From Tubiluchus corallicola (Eukaryota; Animalia; Priapulida), in NCBI GenBank assembly GCA_030141605.1, contig JAQGDQ010000283.1, positions 186,001 through 250,000 on the forward strand: DNA of 64,000 nt, given 5' to 3'. The position numbers and the translations under genes were made by a program. Every line of letters begins with the position of its first letter. The first letter of the stretch is position 1. This document shows positions 48,448 through 61,790 of this stretch, piece by piece. Under the pieces are notes generated by a model. The model ran no database searches. It saw only the letters and a program-made list of their open reading frames with translations, and was not told the origin of the DNA.

Positions 48448-51400
48448 CTAATCTATATGCTGGTCATCAAGCTTCATATTTCGATTTCGTTGCCGCAGTA
48501 ATGTTCCCAGCGGCTCTGTGTGTTTCAAAGACCAAAATACATTGATGCGCGCAGTATGTCTTGCTTTTTCTATTGGATTTTTTGTTGAATCAATTGGTGG
48601 ATAGTCTCTGAAAAGTCTTTCTATTGTATCAACTTCCTCCGTTGTTGTAATGCCCGACACCAGTGCTGGAAGAATAGTGTCCATTGCGAGAGGGTTCATC
48701 TTGTGCCTATTAAAATAAATAGTGCTATTATTTATAAGACAATGCCTTGTACAGCTTTCATTGTTAATTAAATAGCTTAATGAATCTAACACATTTATTT
48801 TTTAGTCTTTACAGAGTCTTAAAATTTTGTCTCACATACCTCAGGCTTAATGTACCTGTTATTCTTTTAAACATTGAAAACTCTGTACTGAATGGAAGTT
48901 AACTCACCTTGTCGTTATGTTTGCAATAAAATACTTAACTTTTAGAATGTTTTAGTGATTACCTGTTATATATTACTTCCCAATGTGAAGTCATAAAACA
49001 GTAGGTTATAAATCGACTCAGAGGCGTCTGGTTAAGGCTTTCTGCAGCTTTTGATATATCATAGCTTGCAAATGTGCCGTTTAGAACCAGATTCAGAAAG
49101 CGTTGCAACAGCCAAGGCTGTTTTGCCGTTGCAAGTGCTCCATATGCGGTAAATCTGTCGCCTGGAACGATTGATTTTTGAGCATACTCATAAACATATT
49201 CCCAATCTCTTGTTGTACCTTCCATCACAGCTGCTTTATAGACCAACTGTCTGAAGTTGACACTTATTTCGCCACCTTTCTTCCAGGTTTTATACTTTTC
49301 ATAAGCGAACTGTTGTATTTCCGTGTGGCCATATTTTAGAGCCGCATTGAGTAGTGTTATGCGAAGTTCTTTTGTTTGATATGCATCGTTGCCATTTTCT
49401 TCCCATCCTAGCTTGTTTAATATTGGTGAAATCATGCTCTTCATGTACGTGTTAAAGTCCGAGTGGTAGTGACTTTTCGCTAGCATCATACTGATGTACT
49501 CAGTGTGAAAAAGAAATGTTTTCCATGGCATGAGACTGGTTTCATTTATTAAATAATCGCACAAGTTAAACAACAAAGAATAATCTATTCGAGTGCCTTT
49601 TGCTAACATAAATGCACTGTTCAGTATGGCAAGCCGGGTCGATTCACCAATTTTATGAGGAGAGGCTTTTAAGACTCTTATTAATTGTTCCCAGTTTTCT
49701 TTCCAGTAATTAACCAGGTAATATCCATCGGAATTGATATTACCAACTATCCAAAAGTCGTCTGTTATCTGCTCTGTGAAACTAATACTCTGCATTTCCT
49801 TACGTAAGAAGATAATGTTTGCCGGCAAATCGTTTGATGTTTCGTATGAAAATGGAACATCCCATTTATATTTGTATGGGTTGTCAGAATAATCAGGTAA
49901 ATCATTTGGATTTAGTAGAAAATGTTCTTGATTTATTACCAATGTAGTGTTGTCTACTTTGTCCACAAAGATGACTGGATATCCCATTTGTTTTAACCAG
50001 GTGTCCATCATATCACCTACATTTAAATCATGTTCGTTGACAGACCTTTTGGTCACATTTTCATCTTCGGTAACTGTATCTGTCAAGGTCTGCCAGAGAT
50101 CAGCAGTTTTTACATTATTATACTGGTATGATTTTAGGAAATTTCTGATACCTTTTCGAAAGAGACTTGTTCCAATTAGATGCTGAACCATTCTAAGAAT
50201 ATGGCTTCCTTTTACATATGTTATCATGTCAAAATATTGATTAATTTCATCTGGTGTTTTAAATTCAAAGTAGATTGGGTGAGATGAAAGTAGTGCGTCG
50301 GGGTCTTGCACCAAAGTTGTAGCCATGTTATGATGTACAATCTGTTTATCAAACGCTTTCCATTCCGGATGAATGTTCTCCAAGCACATGTACATAACTA
50401 GATTAGCAAAGGCTTCATGCAGCCATAGGTCTGACCACCATTCAAGGGTTACAGTATTACCAAACCAAGCATGTGCAATCTCATGTGACATCACTTTTCC
50501 TACATAAAACTTATGTTCATCTGATGAAATTTTGTCATCAATGAGTAAAGCAGGAGGCTGATGTGTCACAAGCCCCCAGTTTTCCATAGCCTCAAATGCC
50601 AGATCTGGTGTCAATATGTGCTCAACATGTGCTAAATGCTTTTCCATGTCAAAGAAGTCTTCGTAAAATTTATATATGTTTGCTGCAAGATTTAGGGCAT
50701 ACATTGTCTGATTGATTAGCTCTAGTGGTGCCCATATTCGAATTTCAGGTCCATCTACTTCTTTCTTTGACGTGTAACTATAATCATTTAAACTTAGTGC
50801 CACTAAATATGTTGACATGATTGGCGTCGGAGGAAAAGTTTGGCGCACCCATCCATCAGCTAGTGTTTCTGTACAGTCAGCTTGCATGTTGGATAAAGCA
50901 TTGTAGTTAGGTCTGTGCTCAATGGTAATAACAAATCTTGCTTTGTATGCTGGTTCATCAAAGCAAGGAAACACGGCACGACTGTCAACTGCCTGCAGTT
51001 GTGTTATAGCTACATGTGACACTTCACCTGTAGGTTTTTTGTAAGAGCTTTTATACAATCCAAATAAGTTGTCTTGCTGGACGTCTCCATTGTATGGCCC
51101 AATTTTTAATGTATACGTAGCATCTTGCCTTAATGGCTCTTCTAAACAGATGACGTAAAAATTATTCGTATTTACTTCAAACACATTCTTCACTTGTATC
51201 ATATGATTTGTGCTTTCTTTTTGGATACTCACAGAATTTGGTGGGATCGTTAATTTGTAAACGTGTAGCACAATGTAACTTGTCTCTTCCACACATTTAA
51301 AGTATATACACACAGATCCTGTGAAGTTGAAGTCATCCATGTCTATTCGTAAGCTGATGTTGTACAGTGATGGTATGAGCGTTCCTGGAAGTCTGGGTCC

Positions 51401-51787
51401 TCCCCAAGGTGGAGGCGTGTCCTTTTCCCAGATAATATTCACTCCATTTACGTTGTCGTTATTTTCACCTAAAAGTGGGTCTATTATTGGAACTAACTGA
51501 GATGAATCACCAGTATGAGATTGAGCATCACTTTTCAAAGCTGCTGCGACTGATTCATATTGCACGGTTTTTTTGTTTTCATAATATTGCCTTACTATGT
51601 ACCATGTTGCAGCACTACATCCCATGCATATTAATAATCCTGTGCACACTAACGTTGTCCATCTCAGTCTGAAATTTTTACACAGTTTTTTATTGTCTTT
51701 TTCATACGATTCGTTCACAACTTCCATATTATATCTGTTCAAACTTCGGTTCATTGCCGTAGTTTCAATACTTGAGAGATCTGCCAT
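48448..51787 (-). CDS. M1-family aminopeptidase N-like type II membrane metallopeptidase, copy 1 (2 exons, 1027 aa)
   Basis: Exons 48963-51787 and 48448-48706 (AG|GTAATC...ATAG|G). N-terminal TM anchor, FPCFDEP, TPIMSTYL, EAMENWG, HEIAH-X18-E, catalytic Tyr in YVKGS, C-terminal ERAP1-like domain. Confidence 0.93.
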
Positions 51788-53399
51788 GTTTACTGTGCTG
51801 TACGCCTTGTGCACTGATTTGTGGCTAACAACTGCTTTTCTTATGACCTATGCTTTTATTTGAACAGTTTTGACAACACTAATAAATGCATATGCTACTA
51901 TACGCAAAGCAGTTCTCAAAGTGTTTTGAGGCAAGATACTAAAGATAAAGATGTTTATCTGGCAATCATGTATAGGTTTAGTGCTCACCCTCAAGGCAAT
52001 ATTACTGAACTTTTTACACCTTTCTGTGTAAATATTAAGCCGCTTTATAACATGTCACTTAGAATGTTCTGCTTGAACAATATTTACAACGTGTGACGGA
52101 ATTACGTGTGATGACCACATGAAGGTCATCTTGTTCTACATGGACACAAATGCACTTTCTGCAAAACTGACTGATATAGTTTTTTAAGCATATGCTTGTC
52201 TTCCCATATACAAGTTTGATGACTGTTTACTTTACACATGTTGAACGTGACATAGAAATGGAAGTAGAAGAATCAGAAATAGAAAAATCGGTGATTTAAA
52301 GTTTTCTATGAACCTTTTTTTTTTGAAAATTCACATGAAAAACATAACTTTGTTTTCAAAGACCATTATTATGCAGCTTGTTTATAGTTTTCCATTTATT
52401 GTAGTTGCTGACAAAGGATTGTTTAACATCATGACATAAATGATGATGGTTCACTGCCTTGCTGAAGAAGCCTTACTCTTTTTGTAACCGTTTTTAAGTA
52501 TTTTTAGACTGTTGTTGAGCTCCTCTACACTGATGTGGCAATCTTAAATGTATGACAAAAATTACCCTACCTGTTGGTCTATAGACTTTTACTAAACTTG
52601 TGTCAACAAAAACAATGCAGTAACTAACTGTGCTGAAAATAACTGAAATTCACGAAATTGTGGATCTAGAAACCTTGCTGCTCTGTGTTGAAATTGCTTA
52701 ATTATAGTGCACGTAGAAAGCAGGTAGAAGTCAAAACAAGCCGCATTTATGCAAAGTATCCAGATTTATTTAGCTTTTTGCATGTTTCAGATGTTGCTGA
52801 AATACATCCGTACTTCTTTAAGCTTGTAATAACGCGTTTCATCCTATTATATGCAAGGCTGCTGATGAGAAGTAAGCTGAATACCAGTGTTCTGATGGAA
52901 GAGTTTCCATATTTCCATTGCAGAGATTTTTTATGTATGTAAATTCCATGTATGTGAGTAGTAATTGTAGAACATTAATGTATTGGAATGATGTTTATTT
53001 TAATATTCCATCTTCATCTATCAAGACAGATTTCTTCACTAATGATGGGTAAAGGTACTGATAAGAATTGAGAACAACTTTAATAATTTGACTTTCACAG
53101 TTTAGTAGAATGCAAAACTGGCTGCACATACTTTAAAATATGTTTAGTAGCACTTCTTGCTTTTGTGATTAGCCTCATAATTAATTGAATGTTCTTGACT
53201 TTTGCAGGGTTTACAGAGTTCATTTCTGCTGAAAACCTGTATTACTTCATTACAACTTAATGATAAGATAACTTTTGCTTATTTCTGTGATTGCTGTTGC
53301 TCTGGTTCACATGCACTAAACCCTGTATGGATCTGCATTGATTTTAACTTCAAACTGAAAACTCCTAACTTATTCCCTTTGTTTGCACATCTGGTAGAT

Positions 53400-53900
53400 C
53401 AAAGTGCCTACTGATAATTTTTTTTACAAGTCAAATGGAAAAACTGTTTTTGGCAAATAATTTCAGAAGGCAGGCAGAAAAAACTAGATTTGCAAGTAGC
53501 TGTCCTACATCTAGGAACATCCAAGGCAAATTATAGAAGACCCAGCAAAGAGAACACCTCTGTGCAAGGTGTAGGCATTTAAGAATTAATGAAGCATTAT
53601 CTTTATGGTAACAACATTATTTAGGAGTTAGCATTAGCAAATTAAGGTTACATTTTTGCAGCAACGTTGTTCAGAAGGTTATATGTGTAGTCAAAACAGG
53701 CTCTGCCTTTTTTGAAAATCTTTAAAGAGAATTTATTACAAGTGTATTCACAGCTTATCAAACCAAGCAGTTTTTATGTTCCCTCTGCCCTCTGATCCCT
53801 TAACGATTTTCTCTCTTGAAAGTGCTTCTAATTTTGTGATCTTAGGGCCAAGTCTGCTTGATGACCAAAGTTGAGCAACACTGGTCCTGATTAATAATTA
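53400..53900 (-). mobile_element. Possible decayed LINE remnant
   Basis: Minus strand VPRCRTATCKSSFF near 53480-53520 resembles LINE ORF2 C-termini; otherwise unreadable. Confidence 0.25.
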
Positions 53901-54619
53901 CAAAGGTGACCAGTGGGAAAATTGTTCCTTGGCATTATTTGACATCGTTCTTTATTTGTGTTGCAGTTTCATATCCTAGAGGATTGTTGTAGAGAATTTA
54001 TCTTTGATAGTGAGATAGGTTCTGGTCCTGTAACAGGTAATAATTGCAATAGGTAGGCATTGGGTGTTGGCTAGTGCTTGCAGTGTGCCAAACTGTTCTA
54101 AAATAATCATTTAAGCGAGTGACGTTCGTCATTCTATTCTTATAGACCTCCCTCTCTCTTTCTCTCTCTCTAAACTTTTAACACCTCCATTTTCACAAAG
54201 GATTCAGCCAAAACTGTTTTTAAGTAGCCACTTGCTTTATTCAAAATGTTATGATATAATTTTTCAAAAATTGCATTAGTAGAGTTGGCACCGTAGCATT
54301 GTGTTAGAAATGATAACTCATAAAAATATGATAACTCTAATTTACTAAACTTTTAAAATTATCTTTACAGCTTTCAAAAGTGTTAGAAAATTGTAAAAGT
54401 TATACTAATCGTTTATTCTCCCATTTTTCGTGTAAGAAATTGTTAAATTGAAATAAAGGTCTGCAGTTATTGATGATTTTAATTCCATTTTGTTTTTTTA
54501 GCATATTCTATGTAAACAGACTGCATTCCTTGTTTAAACATACGTATTGCACAGTGTTACATTTTTTTCCATAATTGTTATTTTTTTGCAACATCTTCTA
54601 TTTTTTGCTTTTTTCAGAC

Positions 54620-55070
54620 ATGGTGTTGGAAATTGCAATCCAGAGGCAAGAAATTGACAAGCAAAGACGAAATAGTGTAAACATTTTCGGCCATGGACTA
54701 AAGGACATCAAGTTTGGCTGCAGCCAGTTTGACTTTTGTCAGCTGGGAGACTGCATGACAGGACAACTGCTTTTATATGACTTCATTCAGTGTGTGTTAT
54801 CGACAGTGATAACTTGGTGAATAATTTCATTTTTAATAGGCAATCGCTACTGGGTTTGACTGCATTGAGAGTTATATGCAAAATGTCTTATATGTCAGTA
54901 GAATTTGCATGGCAATTTTTATTTGTCTTAGTGTGTTCTTGTATTCCTCATCTGTGCGTGCCATTTTCAGTACTTCAAGAGAATTTCTAGATGATATACA
55001 AACATATTCAAAATCTGAAGTACTAACAGGCTTCCAAGTTTTGCTGACAAGGTACAGCTTAATCAACTAA
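54620..55070 (-). pseudogene. Possible N-terminal fragment of a Sola1-like transposase
   Basis: ORF 54872-55066 (KPVSTSDFEYVC...ARTDEEYK...YKTFC), then LQPNLMSF and RKC in shifted frames; loose resemblance only. Confidence 0.3.
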
Positions 55071-55409
55071 AACCAAATACGTATCTTATGACTTTGAATA
55101 ACTGTTTTAAAAGAAAAGTAAATGTTACTTGACTAATTTTCAAGATTGTTCATGAAACCATTGGAAAATGAATTTGAGTAAATATATAAAATAGTGGCTT
55201 GTTTTTTTAAGAGAATTGTAATTTCTGCTTATAGCACTAAAATTAGTTAAGCTAATATTCCGTGAAAAAGAAATTGTATGACAATTTTGATTTATGTGTG
55301 ACATAAGCACAAGTATGTAAGCGTCCTAACACAACATTATTATTTAAAGTGCATATGCATTTTATTTGATTACCAGCAATTTTTTACAATTAATAATACT
55401 AATAATTTT

Positions 55410-55507
55410 AATAGTAATAATGATAATCCTCTCTCCTTCATCAAAGACATTAAAGCTAATAGTAATAATAATAATCTTCTCTCCTTCATTAAAGACATTA
55501 AAGCCTA
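55410..55507. repeat. 48-bp tandem duplication
   Basis: aatagtaataatrataatcytctctccttcatyaaagacattaaagc repeated twice. Confidence 0.8.
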
Positions 55508-55702
55508 TCTCTAAGTGTACAGAAAATTTTCTTCGGAATTTAAATGAATACTTACAGTCAGCGTTTCTACTAGCTTGCTTTTCATACTTGTGAGTTCAGC
55601 TAATTTACATACTTGCGTTAAACTGTCTGATTCATAATTGAGGAAAATTCTGCCTTATACTTGAAACTAATTAATCACAAACTGGAAACATTGCTAATTG
55701 TC

Positions 55703-58700
55703 TTAGTTATGGTGAATGACATTTGTGAGAATTTCACCAACATTAGCTGAATGTGTCTTCATCCAATGGATATTTAGTCTTGCAAAATTTTTAGCCTTTG
55801 CAAAAGAAAGCTTTGCCGACTCGGTCAATGGCTGTGATTCAAATAACTTTATCATGTGCTCGTATTCTCCGTTCGTGTTAACTGTCATCACAAGAGTATG
55901 CAATAGTGTGTCTAGTGATAATGCATCATCTTTGTACCTACAAATAAATGTTTAATAAAAATTCAAAAAACTAATATAAATATCAGACTGCATTTATTTA
56001 ATATGCAGCTAGATTGCCAATTAAGTAGTTTTGAGTTTGATTTTCTCTTGGTATTGACGGAAAATATTCAGGTTACTTAAATCAAGATATGTAGCTGTTT
56101 TAAAAACTGCCTTAGGTAATCAATAATATTTTTAAAGATTATCCGAACCCAATCTTAAACTGTAAGTCAAATAATCTACTCTTTAAAATATTGAAAGGAG
56201 ACATACTACTTTTTTCAGAATGCCTTACATGAAAGAATTATTACGCCACAAATGCAATTTCGCATCTGCGCAACTAGCTCTTCGCTGTTATATGCATTTG
56301 GCCATTCTCTAATAAGACAGGTACTAGTACCCGCATTTCAAAAACGCGTCACACAAAAAAGCAGGTGCTGTACCTTTCAGCTCAGATGTGTTCATTTCTG
56401 ACGTACTGCACACATTCAAGAGTTCACCCGTGAGCACAGCGGTAAATTTGAATTTTTATTTTAAATCTTGCCGAGTTTTATTACAACACTTTGAATCTCT
56501 TACAGTAGTACTGCACTTCAATTTTCTCTTTCTCAAACACCTGCAACAAACTCGTGGAATGTTTTTGCTGTTGAAAATTATGTTCATTTGTGATGTCATC
56601 AACAATTGGGCTCGCCCGCCGTTAATTAAGATTTTAATCTATTATTATTTAATCTATTTATCAGAAACGCTTTTCTAGTATTATTGGTGTTCTAATGCAT
56701 ACTTTTTATCGTATTTGAAAATGGGATAGTATATGAAAAATCATCCTGTCAAAACCTTCCCGTCAAACCAATATTATGGTTTATTTTCTGCCGGAGTGTA
56801 ATTTAAAGTTTTAAAAAGTGTTGGGAGTTTTATACAGTTATATGTGCAACTTTCCATCAACATTATAAGATCAGCCAAATTTAATTTACTTGTGTGTCAA
56901 TCGCAACGTTTTTAATTGTTTCACTTCGGTGATTAAAATAACTATCTGCTACTTTCCTTCTTTATATTAAAAAATTATTTAATTATCTGGTTTGAACTGC
57001 TATTTCATGCTATTCCTCCTAAAAGGTATATTGAAGACTGAAAGAAATATTTATATTCTATAACACCTTTTACTTTGATTTTTTTTAAATTACTAAAAAC
57101 ATATAGTCAATTTTACCATTGGTATATCTGCTGCCAGTGTGCTTCTAAGAAGCAGCTTGCAACTGTGCGAGATAGGGGCGAATCTTCAAAAGCAGCTATA
57201 CCATTATGTAGAGCAAAGTTTTGAAATGCTCCTTCTTCTAATAACTGAAGATACTCCTGTAATAACCATATCTCATGTACTGCAGCTAAAGAATTATATG
57301 CAGCTATTTTGTCACCAGGTACCCTCGTTCTGTGGCTGTATTGTAGCATATATTCCCAGCTGTGGGCTCCACCTACTTTTACCCCTGCTTTGTAAATGAG
57401 TGGCCGTAAATTCTGCGGCATGTAATTTCCTTTTTTAAGATGCGTAAATAGTCTGCTTGCTTTTTGTCGAATGTTTCGGCTTCCATAGTCAAAAGCTGCA
57501 TTCAGCAAGTATACCCTTAACTCCTTTCTGTGACTGTCATCCCCTTCTTCTACCCATCCAAGATCTAATATATTGGGTGACATCATATACTGCATAAATT
57601 CCTTCACGTCTTCATTGTAAGAACTTTCTGCTAACATTGTTGCAATGTAATTCATGTGAAATAGAAACATCTGCCATGGTCCAACACTGTGGTCATTTCG
57701 CAGATGTAATGATAGCTGAATTGGTATGCTATAGTCAAGTTTTGTGGATTTTGCCAACATGAAAGCCGAATTTAGTAGCGCCATGCGTGTTCCTGTTTCT
57801 ATCTGGCTGTGATCCGTGTTCAGCATTTTGATCAATCTGATCCAGTTATCTTGCCAATAGTTCACAAGGTAATATCCATTAGAATCCACATTTCCTGCTA
57901 TCCAAAATGTCTCATAAGTGTCTATAGTAAAGGTTGTTTCAGCATCATTTTTATGAATCCAGTTCAGGTGTTTGACAATGATTATATCATCAGATAAATT
58001 ACAGCTTTTACATATTGATGTTTTGTAGGTGAATGGAATCTCCCACTTGTTTTTCGTGTGCATTTCATCATCTACATCAGTTGGATTTAAAAGAAAATGC
58101 TCTTGAGTGAGTACAATTCTATTTTCTTTAAGTGCAACATTCACTACAGGATATCCTTTTTGTTTAATCCAGGTGTCCGTGATCATTTCCGTATCATAGA
58201 ATCCACCAGAAGCATCAGTAATGATGTCCCACAAGTTACCCATATTTGCATTTGAAAACTTGTACTGTGTAATGTACTGTCGAAGTCCTGTCTGGAAATT
58301 CTTTTCTCCCACAAGATCTCGTAGCATTCTTAGGACATGGCTTCCTTTCACATAAGGAATCCCATCAAAGTACTGCATTACTTCCCCAGATGTCTTAAAG
58401 TCGAGGTAGATTGCATGCGATGAAGGAAATGCATCTTCATTTTGCACTGCAACTGAATTCCATGTGTCTCCCCAGGGTCCCCCAACCAGGTGCTTTTCCC
58501 ATATTCTCCATTCTGGGTTATTATAATCTATGCTCATGTACATTGTAAGTGTTGCAAAGGCTTCGTTTAACCAAAAGTTTGTCCACCAGTCCATTGTTAC
58601 CATGTTTCCAAACCACGTATGAGCAATTTCATGAGTTATAATTAATGTAGCATAGCATTTATCATTATCGGTCGATATTTCATCACTGATAAGCAATGCA

Positions 58701-59956
58701 TCTGACTGATATGTAATCAGACCCCAGTTTTCCATTGCTGCAAACCACATTGAGTCAATGGCAATGTGCTCGACGGTTGGCATAATTTCTTTCACATCTA
58801 AAAATTCTTCAAAGTAATTGTAAATAGAAGGAATGACTTCTGTTGCGTAGGATGCCAGAGCAATTTGTTCCTTTGGTGCCCAGATGCGAATTGTCATATT
58901 ATTACTTGCAGTTCTTGTTTTATGTACGAAATCATTGACACTGAAAGCTATTAGATATGTTGACATGATAGGCGTTCTTGAAAAATAGTCTGTCACCCAG
59001 CCATCTTCACCTGTTTTGCTTGTAATCTTGTCCATATTAGATACGGACACATAGTTAGGAGAATGCATGATGCTGATATCAAATGTAGCTTTCAGATGTG
59101 GTTCGTCAAAACATGGAAATGCCATTCTGGCAAATACTGATTGGAATTGTGTGACTGCTGACATCGTTATGGTATTGTTCAAAGTTCTATACTTACTTAA
59201 GTAAATTCCAAAAGTACCGCTTTGGAAAAAGCTAGTGAAAGACTGGATTGACAATATGTACTTGTTGCTTTCCTGTAGTTCTTCCCGAAGAACAATCACG
59301 TAAAATGAGCGCTTGGGATTTTTAAATTGGTAATCAATTTGTACCTCTTTTTGTTGATTCCCAATGTGCGAAACAGTCACAAAACTCTGATCAATTTGTA
59401 TGTCATTAGCATGAATCACAATGAAATTTGTGTTCTCTGTGCAATCTATGTCAATGGTGACAGCTCCCGATATATGCAGATTATCAATATCTATTTTCAA
59501 CATTAATGCATAATGTCTGGGAATTAAACTTTGGGGAAGACGTACACTGTCCCATATAATTTCTTGTGGTTCAAATGGTTTTATTTCATTGGTGCTGTCT
59601 ACGTTGTCGCTATTATCTATACCAGTTTGTTCTAGGATACTCACTCCTTTGCTGAATGATTCTTTAGCTGTTAATGACATTGCTTTTGGTGTATCTTTTG
59701 TAGTAGCCGGTACTGAGTAATGTCTGCTAGTGAGAAACCAAGTAGCTGTGCACGACATTGATATCAAAGCAGCTATAATAATTATGTTAAATACCGACAT
59801 CTTGGTACATCCATATGCTTTCCGTGTTGTGTGCACATCATGAATTTCTTCTTTATCTTCATTTTCTTCTTCATTCCTATCTGGATGCTGATGCACTACT
59901 TCATATTCACAATAAAGTTTCGTTACTTCTTTTTCTGTATACTTTGCCTGCGCCAT
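55703..59956 (-). CDS. M1-family aminopeptidase N-like type II membrane metallopeptidase, copy 2 (2 exons, 1024 aa)
   Basis: Exons 57117-59956 and 55703-55937 (TG|GTAAAA...GTAG|G). TM anchor, ARMAFPCFDEP, AAMENWG, HEIAH-X18-E, YVKGS; intron at the same position and phase as copy 1. Confidence 0.93.
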
Positions 59957-60299
59957 TTTTCGATCCCACTTTTATTGTAACACTAAGTTGCACTGATTGG
60001 CTGACCACAGAGGGTCCAGAGGGTATCTTTGCTGTATATCCTAACAGTAATTAAATATTTGGCCACTGTGCTTTGATGACAAATGATAACAAGACCTTTG
60101 AATTCCTTAAGAAAACATGCCGATATTGTTTGATTGTGATATTGATGTATTTGCAAAATAGTAATCAGGGTCTCATTTATTGATAATTGTGTGTCATTTA
60201 ACTTTTTTTGTATAGTTTTAACATTTTCAAGGTTAGGCGACAGTATTGCTTTTATCGAAGTACAAAGCTGAAGTTATATATTTAGAAAAGAGTTAGTAT

Positions 60300-60481
60300 T
60301 AAAATTGAACAAAATTTATGCCACATTTGTTGCATTGCTAAATTATCCTTTTTTGGAAATTTTATATGCACTCTGTATTATACATTAATTTGTTTTCTAA
60401 GTGTTATGTAGTGTCAATAATTACTCACCTTCATGTTGTTAGTTTTGCTGGACAGGACGAAAATAACATTGTTCTAAGGTG

Positions 60482-60549
<68 letters not shown>

Positions 60550-61790
60550 TGTGCATGCATGTGTGTTGTAAAGACTTTTACAGCCACAAAAGAAGCAAAA
60601 GAAGACTTTTATAGCAACAAAAGATTTTCAGAAATGCAGCTCATTATCTTTGTTTTTAAATATTTGCTGGAATCTGAACTTACTTATTTTAATCACAATA
60701 TCATTTAAATTCATGTTTCAGATACTTGATGTGGCATACCCATAATGGACTGTACAAGATCACTGAAATTCATTTTCTAATAAAGTAACACAAAATTTTG
60801 ACCATATGCTTCCATTGGTTTAATCAAACTCCACTATCGGTAAGAGAGATATTAGCTTATCATTCCATCCATCTTATCATGTTATACATAATCTGTTTTT
60901 ATTGTACATTTGATATTATTAGAAGAGCAGGGTTGTTAGTCAAGTTATGGACTGCAAAATTTTAAGTTTGAAGTGCAATGTTGATGGAGTTGTTCCAGGT
61001 ATCACCTATGATGAAATAATCTTACACCTGTCTGCTCAAAACTTTGAAAACTGTTTTAAAAAGGAGGAATTTTTTTGACGAAAAGGATAATTTTTGTCAC
61101 ATGGTTAATGACCTCGAAGCATATTAATCTGGAATAAACAGGCCTAAGATGTAACAGAATGTTTTATCTCCATGTTATTTTTTATCTGTAGTTAAGAAAG
61201 GTAAATTGTTTGTTCCAGAAAGACTTGCGTTTCAAATATGGCCAAAATACTATAGCAGTAAATACTAACCTCAGCCCATTTATGCTGAAGATGGCATAGT
61301 TTGTGTAACCACACTCTGAAAGAGCTTCTTTCACCGATGCAAGTTTTGTACGTTTAAAGGTCAGCATTTTAGTTTTACTTTCCTAGACATGGCCAATTGC
61401 AAAGCCGCATTGTCACTTAATTTATACATATGAAAAACAAAACAAAAAAGCCATTCATAATAATAATTGTATCTTTCACTTTATATCTTTTTTATTTTAG
61501 CCTTAGGTTTTGATCAGCATTTTTCAGTGAGTGTTGAAGAACACAGCATGCTTTTCTACAAAGTAAGACGCACCTTAATAATGCCAGGAATAGAATCCTT
61601 TTCATATGACACCAACTTGCATGAACTTAGAAGAGAAGTTATTTCAAATGTAACTACTTCACCAGAACATGACAAAAAGGCAAATGTACTTGTTCGAAAA
61701 CATCGGGCTGTGTTGTAAAGATGGTTGGAAAGATGATGTACGTCTACCGCAATGTGTGGAAAAGGACAGCCAAATGAATGTTAAAGTATA
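60300..61790 (+). pseudogene. Decayed intron-containing transposase of Sola1-like (DNCxGQNKN / GHTKFxPD) type
   Basis: Ordered motifs: LHVVSFAGQDENNIVLR, intron 60479-60721, YLMWHTHNGLYKITEIHFLIK, TKF*PYASIGLIKLHYR, donor at 60840, PQPIYAEDGIVCV...KSFF...QHFSF (about 61270-61380), RQMYLFENIGLCCKDGWKDDV (about 61678-61740). Stops and frameshifts present. Confidence 0.7.
60484..60566. repeat. Compound microsatellite (GT)n(GCGT)n
   Basis: Visible directly; lies in the inferred transposase intron. Confidence 0.95.

Noticed and set aside
49947-60054. Plus-strand ORFs opposite the aminopeptidase exons
   Set aside because: Antisense shadows of long coding exons.
60429-60480. Strong minus-strand donor AAG|GTGAGT as a 5' UTR exon of aminopeptidase copy 2
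   Set aside because: Lies inside the plus-strand transposase relic and may be coincidental; not supportable without transcripts.
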